A DNA stretch of 64,000 nucleotides from Candidatus Aminicenantes bacterium (GCA_037444845.1 JBBILQ010000004.1:12745-76744), one strand, 5' to 3'. Positions 36,501-46,208 are shown, counted from the stretch's first letter. Program-made: numbers and translations. Notes: generated by a model from the letters alone, not told the origin.

Positions 36501-36963
36501 TTCCGCCTCCAACGATGAGCGTAGCAGGGTTGACTTTTACCACGACGGGGTCGAGGGGAGCCTGGCGGACAACTCTCATCACCGCTGCCTTGACCAAGGC
36601 TTTGGCCTTCTCGGTAGCCTCCTCCTTTTTTTGATGAACCCAGGAGCACTGTTCCCGGATATTGGACATCTGAAAAAGGAATCGGTTCAATTTGGCCGTC
36701 TCACAGGCCTTGCGAAACGTCTTTTCGTGCATCAAGGGCGAGCAGGAAGCGACCACAACCCGGTCGAGCCCCATCTCTTTTATATCCTTGATGATGAGCT
36801 CCTGGCCGGGATCAGAGCACATGAACTTGTATTCCCGTGCCACTGCCACACAGTCGAGCCTGGAGGCAAAACCCGTCACTTCGTAGACATCAACTGTCTG
36901 AGCGATATTGAACCCGCAATGGCAAATATAGACTCCGACCTTCACATTTTTATCCCTGCTCAT
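33559..36963 (-). CDS. hdrL: HdrL-like protein: HdrA with an inserted NfnB/GltD-like NAD(P)H-binding domain (1134 aa)
   Basis: HdrA N-terminus VYICHCGFNIA, CSWVH, IVGGGIAGIQAALEIA; inserted GltD-like IAIIGSGPSGLACGHELA...VVGGGNTAVDAAR; C-terminal HdrA half with ferredoxin motifs CSGCRLCNDLCP and CKGCGTCVAACP. Confidence 0.85.
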   Translation of the reverse strand: MSRDKNVKVGVYICHCGFNIAQTVDVYEVTGFASRLDCVAVAREYKFMCSDPGQELIIKDIKEMGLDRVVVASCSPLMHEKTFRKACETAKLNRFLFQMSNIREQCSWVHQKKEEATEKAKALVKAAVMRVVRQAPLDPVVVKVNPATLIVGGGIAGIQAALEIADSGNKVYLVERDSTIGGKMAKFDKTFPTLDCAACILTPKMVSVAQHEDIELLSLSEIEDVQGFIGDFTVKVKKKARYVSEKCTACGECVKACPILVPNSFEENQVARSAIYRTFPQAVPNTYLIDKEERPPCRETCPIGQEAAGYIALVAKGRFAEAARLIRRDNPLPFVCGRVCYHPCESECSRRFADEPLAIKNIKRFVMDWELKNKALVEVPKAEKKKKEKIAIIGSGPSGLACGHELALRGYSPVIFEKHEVAGGMLILGIPEYRLPREILNMEIDFIKRMGVTIKTNMALGKDFVIDDLFSQGFKAIYIATGAHKSLKMAIPGENLEGVLHGVDFLRDINLGRPQPVGKRVAVVGGGNTAVDAARTALRCGAREVTVLYRRTRKEMPAEEAEILAAEEEGVAIQYLVAPVEVLGKEGKICGVRCIRMELGEPDSSGRRRPVPVEGSQHDLAFDTLLIAVSQEPVVDFLTGKFPLNVTKWSTLEVNPETLETNIRGVFAGGDVVLGPATVIAAMSDGKRAAEAIDKYLNNEPLADFTTPRAKKLAKRDESFRPHRYAPAFKETPRVPRTKMSEISLEKRLKTFEEVELGLTEEEAMKEAERCLNCGICVECQECVRVCEPKAIDHRMKDEIKEIKVGQILLATGYATLNSKALSLYGYGQFDNVYTSLEFERIVSSTGSTQGRIVLKNGQEPRAIGIIHCVGSRDEKYHPYCSRVCCMYALKFAHLIKDRTDAEVYEFYIDMRAFGKGYEEFYSRILEEGVNVIRGKVAEVVQSGWSKKEEGTLLIRCEDTLIKKYREIPVDMVVLCNAIEPQPDAGDIQRLFSISRSPDGFFLEKHPKLDPTATATDGIYIAGCCQGPKDIPDSVAQASSAAARILAYISKGEIEIEPIQAYIDPELCSGCRLCNDLCPYTAIKFSEDEGISKVNEALCKGCGTCVAACPAAASQQNHFRDEQIFAEIEGLLGG

Positions 36964-37829
36964 AGCCTTCCTCCAAGAATTTTCTCTCCAGCAGGGACAA
37001 GGTTCTGGCCAAGCCCGGCTTCCTTTGGGGTCGATCCCATGGAAAGAGCCAAGAGCTGCGTAAAAAAGAGGATGGGGATATGGACCTTAATCTTGAATTT
37101 TTTGCTGATTTTCTTCTGATAGGCATCCAAATTGATCTGACACAGGGGGCACGTCGTCACGATGCAGTCGGCGCTGTTCTCCACGGCGCACTCGAGAATC
37201 TCTTTGTTGAGCTTCAGGGCGACTTCAGGAAACGTCGTCATGAGCATGCCCCCGCAGCAACGGACTTTCACCGGAAAATAGACATTGTTTCCGCCCAACG
37301 CTTCAAACAGCTTGTCCATGGCGGTTGGATTTTCCGGGTCATCGAAGACCCCTTCTGGCCTGACGATCTGGCATCCGTAGTACGGAGCAATGTTGAGGCC
37401 TTCCAAGGAGTGCGTGGCCCTCGAAGCGATCGCATCAATCCCGACATCATTGACGAGGACATCGAGAGGGTGCCGGGCCTTGACCTTCAGGTGATAGGAC
37501 AGGCCCTCCCGTTTTAAGGACTGGTTGACTTTGGCCTTCAAAATGAAATTTTCTTTGAGAATTTTGTTCGTCTTGTTGAGGATGGTGTAGCAGGAACTGC
37601 AAGGAGCGACCACGTCTCCTCCCATCCTTTCCGCCAGCGCCAGGTTGCGGGCTGAAAAGACAAGGGAAATCGTCTCCTTGGTGGACATGTACATCGTGGC
37701 TCCGCAGCAATTCCAATCCTCGAGCTCCACCAATTCTTTCCCGAGGCTCTGAAAAACCCAGCGGGTCGACACATCATACGATTTTGCTGACGACTCTAAA
37801 CTGCAACCGGGATAATAAAGGTAAGACAT
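36960..37829 (-). CDS. hdrB: HdrB-like CCG-domain subunit
   Basis: YYPGCSL...NCCGA and YYGCQIVRP...CCGG...CPLCQ. Confidence 0.85.
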   Translation of the reverse strand: MSYLYYPGCSLESSAKSYDVSTRWVFQSLGKELVELEDWNCCGATMYMSTKETISLVFSARNLALAERMGGDVVAPCSSCYTILNKTNKILKENFILKAKVNQSLKREGLSYHLKVKARHPLDVLVNDVGIDAIASRATHSLEGLNIAPYYGCQIVRPEGVFDDPENPTAMDKLFEALGGNNVYFPVKVRCCGGMLMTTFPEVALKLNKEILECAVENSADCIVTTCPLCQINLDAYQKKISKKFKIKVHIPILFFTQLLALSMGSTPKEAGLGQNLVPAGEKILGGRL

Positions 37830-37839
37830 CTTTGCCTCC

Positions 37840-38505
37840 TCAGGACGCCTTAATCATGCCTGGGGCAACCGCTCTTTTGGGAACCACCGGGTAGGTCCCC
37901 TCGGGGACAATCATTTCCATGACCTCGGCCTCAGTTAGGATGGCCGAAAGCTCTTTCCTCTTTTTTATTCTCGCGGGAAACGGAGCGATTCTTCCTTTCC
38001 TGAACAACCGGTACGCAAGGGGGAGAAGAGAAAACAGTTTCAGGGGATTTGTCCTCAGGTAGTAAAGAAGAAGCAGCCCGGCCTCGTAACTTCGGCCGTA
38101 GCGGTTGATCAGAAAGACAAAGGATTTGGAGAGAACGAAGATAGGAAATCTTTTGGGAAAAAGCTCCTTTTCCATGGCCATTCTTTTGAGAGCATAAAGA
38201 ATATCCGTGACTTTAATGCCCACGGGGCATCGGACTGTGCAGGCGTAGCAGGAAGCGCATATCCAGATGGTGCGGCTGTTGAGGACGGATTCCATAGCTC
38301 CGGCCCGAAAAAGGGCGATGATTTCACGCGGCATGATGTCCATCGTGTAGCTCACTGGACAGGACCCCGTGCATGTTCCGCACTGAATGCATTTTTTGAT
38401 TTTTTCTCCCCCGGGTATGTTGGAGACCTGGTAGAGGAAAGCGGCTCGAAGTTCGCTCTCTTTTTTATCCAGGATTCCCGGCTCTTTTAAAACATCGACG
38501 GCCAT
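37840..38505 (-). CDS. hdrC: HdrC-like 4Fe-4S subunit
   Basis: CIQCGTCTGSCPV and CASCYACTVRCP. Confidence 0.8.
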   Translation of the reverse strand: MAVDVLKEPGILDKKESELRAAFLYQVSNIPGGEKIKKCIQCGTCTGSCPVSYTMDIMPREIIALFRAGAMESVLNSRTIWICASCYACTVRCPVGIKVTDILYALKRMAMEKELFPKRFPIFVLSKSFVFLINRYGRSYEAGLLLLYYLRTNPLKLFSLLPLAYRLFRKGRIAPFPARIKKRKELSAILTEAEVMEMIVPEGTYPVVPKRAVAPGMIKAS

Positions 38506-38619
38506 CGTGTTGACCTCCTCAGATTTGTCTTAGCATAACTTTATATTGTCCGACGAAATGATGATCTGATCAAGGCGCATTTCACAGTCCAGAATTGCCG
38601 TTAGGAAAACGTTATCCCT

Positions 38620-38696
38620 GTCATCGCGAGCACCCCTTGGGTGCGTGGCGATCTCATCAACACAAACTGAGATTGCTTCGCTTCGCTCGCAAAGAC
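38620..38696. repeat. Repeat-C palindromic element (uninterrupted copy) in the hdrC/gdh divergent intergenic region
   Basis: gtcatcgcgagcaccccttgggtgcgtggcgatctcatcaacacaaactgagattgcttcgcttcgctcgcaaagac; the terminal arms gtcatcgcgagc and gctcgcaaagac are inverted repeats. Confidence 0.6.
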
Positions 38697-39087
38697 AATT
38701 TTCTATCGGCAATTTCTGGTCACGGCCTCGGCGTTAGCCAGAAGAGATTGCAATTTTGATACCAACTTCAGGGATAAAAACAGGCTCTCCTGGATCCCTA
38801 TAACCTGTTGATATCAAACAAATAGCTGGATCAGGTCATTCTCGGCGTCAGACCCTTAGGGTTCCGCTGAGGATTTTTTCCCCACTTTTGGGAATTTTTC
38901 CCAAACTCACCCCTACTTCCATCGCCCATGCGAAAATTGTCAATCGTGAGATCGCCGCGGCATCTTCAATCCCTCCTCATGACGGGGATCGCGCTGTCCC
39001 ACCGGCAACTTTGGGCCCCGGTCGCGAACAGGCACCCTTCGGTCTTATGATATAATAAACGCTAACTGTATATGGGAGAAAGTCACG

Positions 39088-41964
39088 ATGAAAAGCCTTA
39101 AAGAGATCGCCGTCAAGTCGGTCCTTTCCGAGACCCAGCTCAGGGAGCTCGAGCGGATTATCCTCCGCCAGGGGCCTTACACTCAAGAATCCGTTCGCGA
39201 GGAGTTGGACTGGTTCTGCGCCGGGCTGGGAATGAACGAGTACTACTTCCGGACGACACCCCTCCAGACGATCGCCAATCACATCCAGGCCATCAAGGCC
39301 GCCGAGATCATCGCCACGATCAAAAAGGAAAAGTCGGTCACAATCGACCTGGCCACCGAACATGAAAACGAGGCCATCTACCTCGTAGACGACGTCCACA
39401 GCCGGGCTCTCGAAATCGAGCGCCGGATCGAAGAAAAATACCCGAACTGCCGCCTCCAGTCTTACCGGACTCAGCGCAAGGCCATGGGACTGGAACACCT
39501 GAGGATGTATGTCGTGTGCCGGCCGAAGTTTCCGGCGGCTCATCCCGAGCCCGGAGAAACCCGCCTCCGTAAGATCGCCGACCTGACCTTCCTCAAGACA
39601 GCTCCGGCCGAAACCTTTAACCGCTACCAGGCCCTTATCTCGAAGACCAGCCGCTGGGAAAGCCCGCACATCGAATCAAGCCACGTTTCCCGGACGGGCG
39701 AGCTCCGTCTCACGGTCGTGACCAAGCGCGACTCCAGCTACCGCTTCTTTTCCAATGTCTCGGACGTGATCAACTCTCACGGCCTTGTCTCCAACCGCAA
39801 GTATGTCGAGCAGTTCAGCAACGGCCGGACAGCCTACGCCTTCTATTTCAAGGATCTCAAGGATAAAGCGCTCGTCCAGGAGTTAGTCGAAGACATCAGC
39901 CTGATCTATGTCGTTCCTGAGTCGCCGCTCTCGAGCTTGTTCCGGGAGGGAAAGCTCAGCGCCCAGGAGACCGCTTTCGGCGTCTCAGCCTGGAGCTTCG
40001 CTCACCAGTTCCTGACGGGCTACAACGAAGAATACCTGAGGCTGGCTGAGGCCCTGAAGGACTCGCCAGAACTCCTGGGAATCCTGCGGACACTGAAGAC
40101 CAAGCTCGTCAAGGACACCTACACGGAAGCCAGAGTCTGGGATGCCTTCCTGGAGAACCATGGGATGATAAAGGAACTCTTCCGGCTGTTCGACCGGAAA
40201 TTTAGCCCTGCTTCACCCGGCCGGGAGGTCAACAAAGACATGGACGCTTTGAAAAAGGACATCGCCGTCAACCTGCCGGTGGAAATTGACCGGGATATCT
40301 TTCTCGCCGTCTGCACCTTCATCGAGGCCATCCTGAAGACCAACTTTTACGTCAAAGAAAAGACATCTCTCGCCTACATGTATAACCCCGGCTTCCTGAA
40401 CAAGGTCGATTATCCCGTTACCCCCTGCGGCGTCTTTCACGTCATCGCTGCCGAGATGCGCGGTTTCCATGTCCGCTTCCGCGACATCGCCCGCGGCGGC
40501 ATCCGAATCGTCCGCTCCAGCGGCCTGCAGAACTATCTCAACAACTCGGATTTCATCTTCGACGAAAACTACAACCTGGCCCTGACCCAGCAGCATAAAA
40601 ACAAAGACATTCCCGAAGGAGGCTCGAAGGGAACGATCCTGCTGCGCTGGGGATACCAGCATTGCGCCGAAGAGGCTTTTAAAAAGTACGTCGATGGCCT
40701 GTTAGACCTGATGCTCAACGAGGAGGGCGTTGTCGATAACTTAGGCAAGGAGGCCCTTCTTTTCCTCGGCCCGGACGAGGGAACCGCTGAGCTCATGGAA
40801 TGGGCAGCTCTCCGCGCCAGAGTTAGAGGCTACCGCTACTGGCGGTCGTTCTCGACAGGAAAGCCCGTTTCGATGGGCGGCATCCCTCATGACCTCTACG
40901 GCATGACGACCAACTCCCTCCACCAGTATGTCCTGAAATCCCTGGAAAAGCTGGGGCTTCGGGAGGAGAAGATCACCAAGGTCATGACCGGAGGCCCGGA
41001 CGGCGACCTCGGCAGCAACGAAATCCTGATCTCTAAGGACAGAATTCTAGCCATCATCGACGGCTCGGGCGTTCTCTGCGACCCGGAAGGACTGGACCGG
41101 AAAGAGCTCGTGCGGCTGGCCCGGGCGCGCCAAATGGCCGAAAATTTCAGCCGCGAGCGACTCTCGATCCGGGGGTTTTTTGTCGGGATCACAGAGCGGA
41201 ATGTGCGCCTTCCTGACGGGGAAAAAGTCGATTCCGGCCTCGACTTCCGGAATTCCTTTCATCTTCATCCGAGGTTTCAGGCCGACCTCTTCGTCCCCTG
41301 CGGCGGCCGGCCCTCCTCGGTCAACATCAACAATTGGCAAAACTACCTGGATGAAAAAGGCAATCCGAGGTTTAGAATCATCGTCGAGGGCGCCAACCTG
41401 TTCCTCACCCAGCAGGCCCGGCTACGCCTCGAGGAGCGCGGGGTCATCATCTACAAGGACGCTTCAGCCAACAAGGGCGGCGTCACGTCGTCCTCCCTCG
41501 AAGTGCTGGCCAGCCTGGCCCTCACGGATTCAGAATACGACAAGCTGATGTGTGTCCGGGACGGCGTCGTCCCGTCTTTTCGCCGGAAATACATCGCTCA
41601 GATCCTCGATATCATCCGGGAAAACGCCCGGCTCGAGTTCGACATCATCTGGAGGGAAAACGAGGCCAAAGGCCTGCCGCGCTCGGTTCTCTCCGACCTC
41701 ATCAGCGAGAAGATCAACCTGATCAAGGACGCGGTCGCCCAGTCTGACCTGTGGCAGGACCGGGCCCTTTTCAGGAAAGTGACCGCCTGCTGCATCCCCG
41801 CCGTTCTGGCCGAGGAAATCGGGTTTGCCAGGATCCTGAAGAGGGTGCCGATGGCTTATCTCAGGGCGCTTTTTGCTTCGGAGCTGGCCAGCCGGTACGT
41901 TTACAAACACGGCCTCGACGCCAACGAGATCAACTTCTACGCCTTCCTCAAAGAAATCCGCTGA
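39088..41964 (+). CDS. NAD-specific glutamate dehydrogenase, large (about 110 kDa) type
   Basis: Motifs GPDEGTA, ARGGIRI, GGPDGDLGSNE, KGGVTSSSLEV typical of the large NAD-GDH family. Assigned from recalled family features only. Confidence 0.55.
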   Translation: MKSLKEIAVKSVLSETQLRELERIILRQGPYTQESVREELDWFCAGLGMNEYYFRTTPLQTIANHIQAIKAAEIIATIKKEKSVTIDLATEHENEAIYLVDDVHSRALEIERRIEEKYPNCRLQSYRTQRKAMGLEHLRMYVVCRPKFPAAHPEPGETRLRKIADLTFLKTAPAETFNRYQALISKTSRWESPHIESSHVSRTGELRLTVVTKRDSSYRFFSNVSDVINSHGLVSNRKYVEQFSNGRTAYAFYFKDLKDKALVQELVEDISLIYVVPESPLSSLFREGKLSAQETAFGVSAWSFAHQFLTGYNEEYLRLAEALKDSPELLGILRTLKTKLVKDTYTEARVWDAFLENHGMIKELFRLFDRKFSPASPGREVNKDMDALKKDIAVNLPVEIDRDIFLAVCTFIEAILKTNFYVKEKTSLAYMYNPGFLNKVDYPVTPCGVFHVIAAEMRGFHVRFRDIARGGIRIVRSSGLQNYLNNSDFIFDENYNLALTQQHKNKDIPEGGSKGTILLRWGYQHCAEEAFKKYVDGLLDLMLNEEGVVDNLGKEALLFLGPDEGTAELMEWAALRARVRGYRYWRSFSTGKPVSMGGIPHDLYGMTTNSLHQYVLKSLEKLGLREEKITKVMTGGPDGDLGSNEILISKDRILAIIDGSGVLCDPEGLDRKELVRLARARQMAENFSRERLSIRGFFVGITERNVRLPDGEKVDSGLDFRNSFHLHPRFQADLFVPCGGRPSSVNINNWQNYLDEKGNPRFRIIVEGANLFLTQQARLRLEERGVIIYKDASANKGGVTSSSLEVLASLALTDSEYDKLMCVRDGVVPSFRRKYIAQILDIIRENARLEFDIIWRENEAKGLPRSVLSDLISEKINLIKDAVAQSDLWQDRALFRKVTACCIPAVLAEEIGFARILKRVPMAYLRALFASELASRYVYKHGLDANEINFYAFLKEIR

Positions 41965-41974
41965 CGCGGCGGCC

Positions 41975-42736
41975 CTAACTAATCTCACCGGTCAGATAGG
42001 CTCTGGTTCTGGGGTCTCTGGGGTTGGCGAAGACCTCCTCGGCCGGGCCGTGCTCGACGAGCTCTCCCATATAAAGGAAAGCGATATAATCAGCGATCCT
42101 CTTGGCCTGCCGGAGGATGTGCGTGACGACAATCACGGTATAGTCATTCTTTAATTCGATCAGCCGCTTTTCCACGTTCTGGCTCGATTGAGGATCAAGG
42201 GCCGAGGTCGGCTCATCTCCCAGGATAATCTCCGGCTCCACAGCCAGGCCTCTGGCTAAGCAAAGCCGCTGCTGCTGGCCGACCGAAAGCCGAGAAGCTG
42301 GCTCGGACAGCCTGTCCTTGACTTCCTCCCAGAGCTTGGCCATCTGGAGATACCGCTCGACGATCTCGTCCAGCTTTTTTTTGTTTTTCTGGCCGTGGAG
42401 ACGAGGCCCGTATGCGACGTTATCATAGATGGACATCGGAAGAACCTGCGGCTTCTGAGAAAGAAGGCCCATCTTTTTCCGGATGTGCGTCACCTCCGTT
42501 TTCGGGTCGTAGATGTCCTCCTCGTCAACGAATATTTTTCCGCTGACCTTGACGCCGTCCAGGGGTTCCACCAGCCGGTTCAGACACTTCAACAGGGTCG
42601 TTTTCCCGCAGCCGGAGGGCCCGATGATGACCGTGATTTTTTTGTCTGGAATATCGATAGTAATATCATTTAACGCCCTCTGTCTGCCGAAAAAGACGCT
42701 TAAATTCTGGATCCTGATGTGCGGTTTCTTGTTCAT
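41975..42736 (-). CDS. pstB: Phosphate ABC transporter ATP-binding protein PstB
   Basis: GPSGCGKTT Walker A; LSVGQQQRLCLAR signature; PstB-typical N-terminus. Confidence 0.9.
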   Translation of the reverse strand: MNKKPHIRIQNLSVFFGRQRALNDITIDIPDKKITVIIGPSGCGKTTLLKCLNRLVEPLDGVKVSGKIFVDEEDIYDPKTEVTHIRKKMGLLSQKPQVLPMSIYDNVAYGPRLHGQKNKKKLDEIVERYLQMAKLWEEVKDRLSEPASRLSVGQQQRLCLARGLAVEPEIILGDEPTSALDPQSSQNVEKRLIELKNDYTVIVVTHILRQAKRIADYIAFLYMGELVEHGPAEEVFANPRDPRTRAYLTGEIS

Positions 42737-42761
42737 GGCTTTAACCTCTTTGCCTATCTTC

Positions 42762-43637
42762 CTAAATCACATGTTTTGTGTATTTTTTGATCAGGCTTCT
42801 GGCCAGCAGGCTGACGAGCAGGATGATCCCAGTCAGCAAGGCCGCCGAGGCGTAGGCTCTGGCCTGGACCTCGGGGAAGGGCGTGCCCAATTGGAAGAAA
42901 ATGGCCAGAGGCAGCGTCGCCGCCGGCTGGAATAAGGAGGTAGGAAGACGGTCGGTGAAACCGGCGGTGAACAGGACTGAGGCGGCATCGCCGATGCCGC
43001 GGCCAAAAGCGATCAAGATGGCGGTCAAGATGCCGGGAAGGCTCTGTCTGACTACGACCTTCAGGGCCGTTTCCAGCTTGGTCGCGCCCAGGGAATAAGA
43101 TGCCTCCAGGAGCTCGGAGGGCATAAGACGAATGACTTCATCCATTGCCCGGCTCATGATCGGCAGCTCAAGAAGCGCCACGATGACGATTCCTGCCAGG
43201 AGAGAGGCTCTCATTCCCATAAAAACCATGAGAATAAACCCAAAGGCCCCGTAGACAATCGAGGGAACCCCCCACAGGACGTCGAATGAAAACCTTGTCC
43301 AGGTTGCCAGCCGGGAAGTCTTTCTGGCATACACGTTGATAAAGAGGACGATCGGAAGGCTGAAAACGACGGCCAAGAGAGTCGCTCCAGAAGCAATGTA
43401 AAGGGAGCCGACGATGGCATTGAGAATTCCTCCCTCTCTCCCCAGATAATAGCCGCCCTTGGGTGTCTCGGTGATCATGGATAGGCTCAAGGCCGGCAGC
43501 CCTTTCCAGAGAATCGCACCCACAATCAACCCCAGGCAGGCGATGACGATCGAGATAGACGTGACCATCAATACGCGGAAAAAATTTTCCTCGACCTTCC
43601 TCCGGCGGAGGTTGCGCAGGGCCTGCGGCTTTCTCAT
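42762..43637 (-). CDS. pstA: Phosphate ABC transporter permease PstA
   Basis: Multi-TM permease; position in the pstSCAB order. Confidence 0.8.
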   Translation of the reverse strand: MRKPQALRNLRRRKVEENFFRVLMVTSISIVIACLGLIVGAILWKGLPALSLSMITETPKGGYYLGREGGILNAIVGSLYIASGATLLAVVFSLPIVLFINVYARKTSRLATWTRFSFDVLWGVPSIVYGAFGFILMVFMGMRASLLAGIVIVALLELPIMSRAMDEVIRLMPSELLEASYSLGATKLETALKVVVRQSLPGILTAILIAFGRGIGDAASVLFTAGFTDRLPTSLFQPAATLPLAIFFQLGTPFPEVQARAYASAALLTGIILLVSLLARSLIKKYTKHVI

Positions 43638-44515
43638 CCTGATTTCCTTTCGACTCTGACCAGTATAATCCTGGCCAGGACGTTGAAGGCCAGGACGATG
43701 ACCAGGAGGACTCCGGCCGCCAGCATGAGCGCTGAATCATAAAGCGGCACAGACATCATTTCCCCGTAGTTATTGGCGATCAGGGCCGGCAGAGGATAGC
43801 CTGCATCAAAGACTGACCGGGGCACTTTAGGGACGTTGCCGACGACCATCAACACAGCCATGGTCTCACCGAGGGCCCGTGACAGGCCCAAAACGACGGC
43901 GGCAATAATGCCCTGCAACCCCTTTTTCAAAACGACATGCTTGACGGTTTCCCATTTGGTGGCGCCCAAGGAAAGCGATGCCTCTCTCAGCTCGTAAGGG
44001 ATGGAGGAAATGACTTCAAGGGAAACGTAGATGATCGTGGGAAAGATCATGATGGCCAGGACCAATCCGCCGGCCAGGATGCTGTAGCCGCTGGAGGCAC
44101 CGCCGAAAAAAGGAGCAATTCGGGCGACAAGAGGCACGATCAAGAGGACGCCCCAGACACCATAGACGACCGATGGAAGACCAGCCAGCACGTCGATCAT
44201 CGGCCGGATGAATTCCCGGACAGGCCGAGAAGCGTATTCGGAAAGATAGATCGAGGCAAAGAGAGAAATCGGCACGGCGATGATCAAAGCGACTGCGGTG
44301 ACCCACAAAGTTCCCATGATGAAAGGAAAGAACCCAAAATCTCCGCGGCCAGGAGCCCAGGAAGAAGAGAACAGCAAGGAAAAGAGAGGCTTCTCTGCCA
44401 AGATAGGCCGGCCGCGAAGGTACAGACCGAAGATTATCAGGAAGACAACGAGGCCCGGGAAGAAGCTCAAAAAAAGCATTACCTTTGAAGCGAGCGCGTC
44501 TTTCAGCAGCCTCAC
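43634..44515 (-). CDS. pstC: Phosphate ABC transporter permease PstC
   Basis: Multi-TM permease; position in the pstSCAB order. Confidence 0.8.
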   Translation of the reverse strand: MRLLKDALASKVMLFLSFFPGLVVFLIIFGLYLRGRPILAEKPLFSLLFSSSWAPGRGDFGFFPFIMGTLWVTAVALIIAVPISLFASIYLSEYASRPVREFIRPMIDVLAGLPSVVYGVWGVLLIVPLVARIAPFFGGASSGYSILAGGLVLAIMIFPTIIYVSLEVISSIPYELREASLSLGATKWETVKHVVLKKGLQGIIAAVVLGLSRALGETMAVLMVVGNVPKVPRSVFDAGYPLPALIANNYGEMMSVPLYDSALMLAAGVLLVIVLAFNVLARIILVRVERKSG

Positions 44516-44524
44516 GTTGTCCCC

Positions 44525-45484
44525 TTAGCGAAAGCCGATTTTTCTAAAGCTTTCGGCCAATTTTTCCGGACTCAACTCAATATAGCCAGTTTCGGCAACA
44601 TACTGCTGGCCGTCTCCCAGGATCCATGTCAGGAACCTGACCAAAAGGGGATTTTCTGGCTTTCCCTTGGTCACCAGGTAAAGGTCGCGGGCTGGAGGAG
44701 AAGGATATGCTCCCCGGGCAATGGCCTGCGTGACGGCATCCCGGTTCGCGTAGAAATCTTCCTCCTCATCAACCTGGCGGTTCCCGTTAAGGTCAATCGG
44801 CAGAACGGCTATTCCCAGGACAGGTTTTTTTGTCTTGGCATCGTAAGCGTAGTTGATGTTGTTGAAACCTATCCCCAAGGAGTCGCGGCGGACAGCCTCA
44901 GCCAGTCCCGGGTCACCATAGACGCCAACTCCTTCGAGGTCCTCTTGCCTCTTCCCCAGGAATGCCGCCCAGGTCTCGGCAGCTCCGCACGCATCCGACC
45001 GGGTGTAGACATGAAGCGGAGCTTTTTCGTCGCTTCCCAGGAGATGGCCCCAGGTTGTCGCCTCTCTGGTGATCCAGACCATGACGCACATTTCCTTGGT
45101 CACGCCTTTCTCGAGAACCTGACGCCGGAATGGATTTTTCTCGCTGATCGTCGGGACGACGGCGTCCTTGCAGACGGCGATGGCCCAGGCTCCTTTCTCG
45201 ACTTCGGCGGGATGAATGTCCCGCGAGACCATCCCCACATCGACGAGGCCGGCCAGGACGTCTGCAATTCCCTTGCCCGCTCCTCCGGCCTGGACATCGA
45301 TGCGCACCCGAGGATAGATTTTCTTAAACTCTTCTGCCCACCTGAGGGCCATGGGGTAGAGGGCCCAGGCGCCCGAGATCGTCAGGCTTCCCTGCAGGCC
45401 TTTTTCCGCCGGCAAAGGTCGAGAGATGATGACGACCGTGATGGCGATCGTCATGAGGCCGCTCGCGACTTTGTTCGCCCTCAT
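44525..45484 (-). CDS. pstS: Phosphate-binding periplasmic protein PstS
   Basis: Signal peptide; LTISGAWALYP...QAGGAGKG, typical of the PstS family. Confidence 0.85.
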   Translation of the reverse strand: MRANKVASGLMTIAITVVIISRPLPAEKGLQGSLTISGAWALYPMALRWAEEFKKIYPRVRIDVQAGGAGKGIADVLAGLVDVGMVSRDIHPAEVEKGAWAIAVCKDAVVPTISEKNPFRRQVLEKGVTKEMCVMVWITREATTWGHLLGSDEKAPLHVYTRSDACGAAETWAAFLGKRQEDLEGVGVYGDPGLAEAVRRDSLGIGFNNINYAYDAKTKKPVLGIAVLPIDLNGNRQVDEEEDFYANRDAVTQAIARGAYPSPPARDLYLVTKGKPENPLLVRFLTWILGDGQQYVAETGYIELSPEKLAESFRKIGFR

Positions 45485-45519
45485 CTTTCTCCGCTATCAA
45501 TATTAATATAAACGCATTA

Positions 45520-45695
45520 AGTGTCATTGCGAGGAACGCAGTGACGAAGCAATCCGACGCAGTCGCCGCGAGCGCAGCGTGGCGGTCTCATGCCTATTTC
45601 GCACTTGATGAGATCCCTCGCCATGCTCGGGACGGCCCAAAGGGCCGGATTGCTTCGCTCCCGCCGGTCGCTCGCAATGACCATGTAATATTATT
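45520..45695. repeat. Long imperfect palindrome related to repeat C, between pstS and the Rrf2 gene
   Basis: Left arm gtcattgcgaggaacgcagtgacgaagcaatcc pairs with right arm ggattgcttcgctcccgccggtcgctcgcaatgac; internal ttgatgagatccctcgcca resembles the repeat-C core. Confidence 0.55.
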
Positions 45696-45767
45696 AATTA
45701 CGTTTGTATTAATACGATATAATCGATAGACAAACTAAACTATAAATAAAAAAAATATAGATCAGCG

Positions 45768-46208
45768 TTAATTCCTTCTCCGGCCTGGCTTGGCGGCCCT
45801 CGCTTTGCTCGCCAGGTCGGCGAAGGTCGTCCTTTCCATGATCTCCGCCACGGCGTCCCGGACGTCCTTCCACAGCCATCTCAGGGTGCAGGTGGCCTCG
45901 TGCGGGCAGACTTCGTGCGCCGTCACGCTGACGCAGTCGATGGGCGCGAGCGGCCCGTCCATGACCCGGATGACCTCGGCGACGTTAATCTCGGCAGGCG
46001 GCTTGGAAAGCGTATAGCCGCCGTTCGGACCCTTGCGGCTGCGCAGGTAGCCCGCCCTCTTGAGCTGGAGCAGAATCTGCTCCAGGAACCGCTGCGGGAT
46101 GTCCTGAGCCTTGGAAATGTCACGGATGTGGAGGGGTTTCTTTTCGTAGTGACGGGCTAACTCGAGCATGGCCCGGCTGGCGTATTCGCCTTTCGTAGAA
46201 AGCCGCAT
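45768..46208 (-). CDS. Rrf2-family transcriptional regulator (IscR-like, with a Cys cluster)
   Basis: MRLSTKGEYASRAMLELA HTH; Cys residues CVSVTAHEVCPHEATC. Confidence 0.85.
   Translation of the reverse strand: MRLSTKGEYASRAMLELARHYEKKPLHIRDISKAQDIPQRFLEQILLQLKRAGYLRSRKGPNGGYTLSKPPAEINVAEVIRVMDGPLAPIDCVSVTAHEVCPHEATCTLRWLWKDVRDAVAEIMERTTFADLASKARAAKPGRRRN

Noticed and set aside
40213-40662. 149-aa minus-strand ORF
   Set aside because: Shadow of the glutamate dehydrogenase gene.
43937-45511. 183-aa and 188-aa plus-strand ORFs
   Set aside because: Shadows of pstC and pstS.
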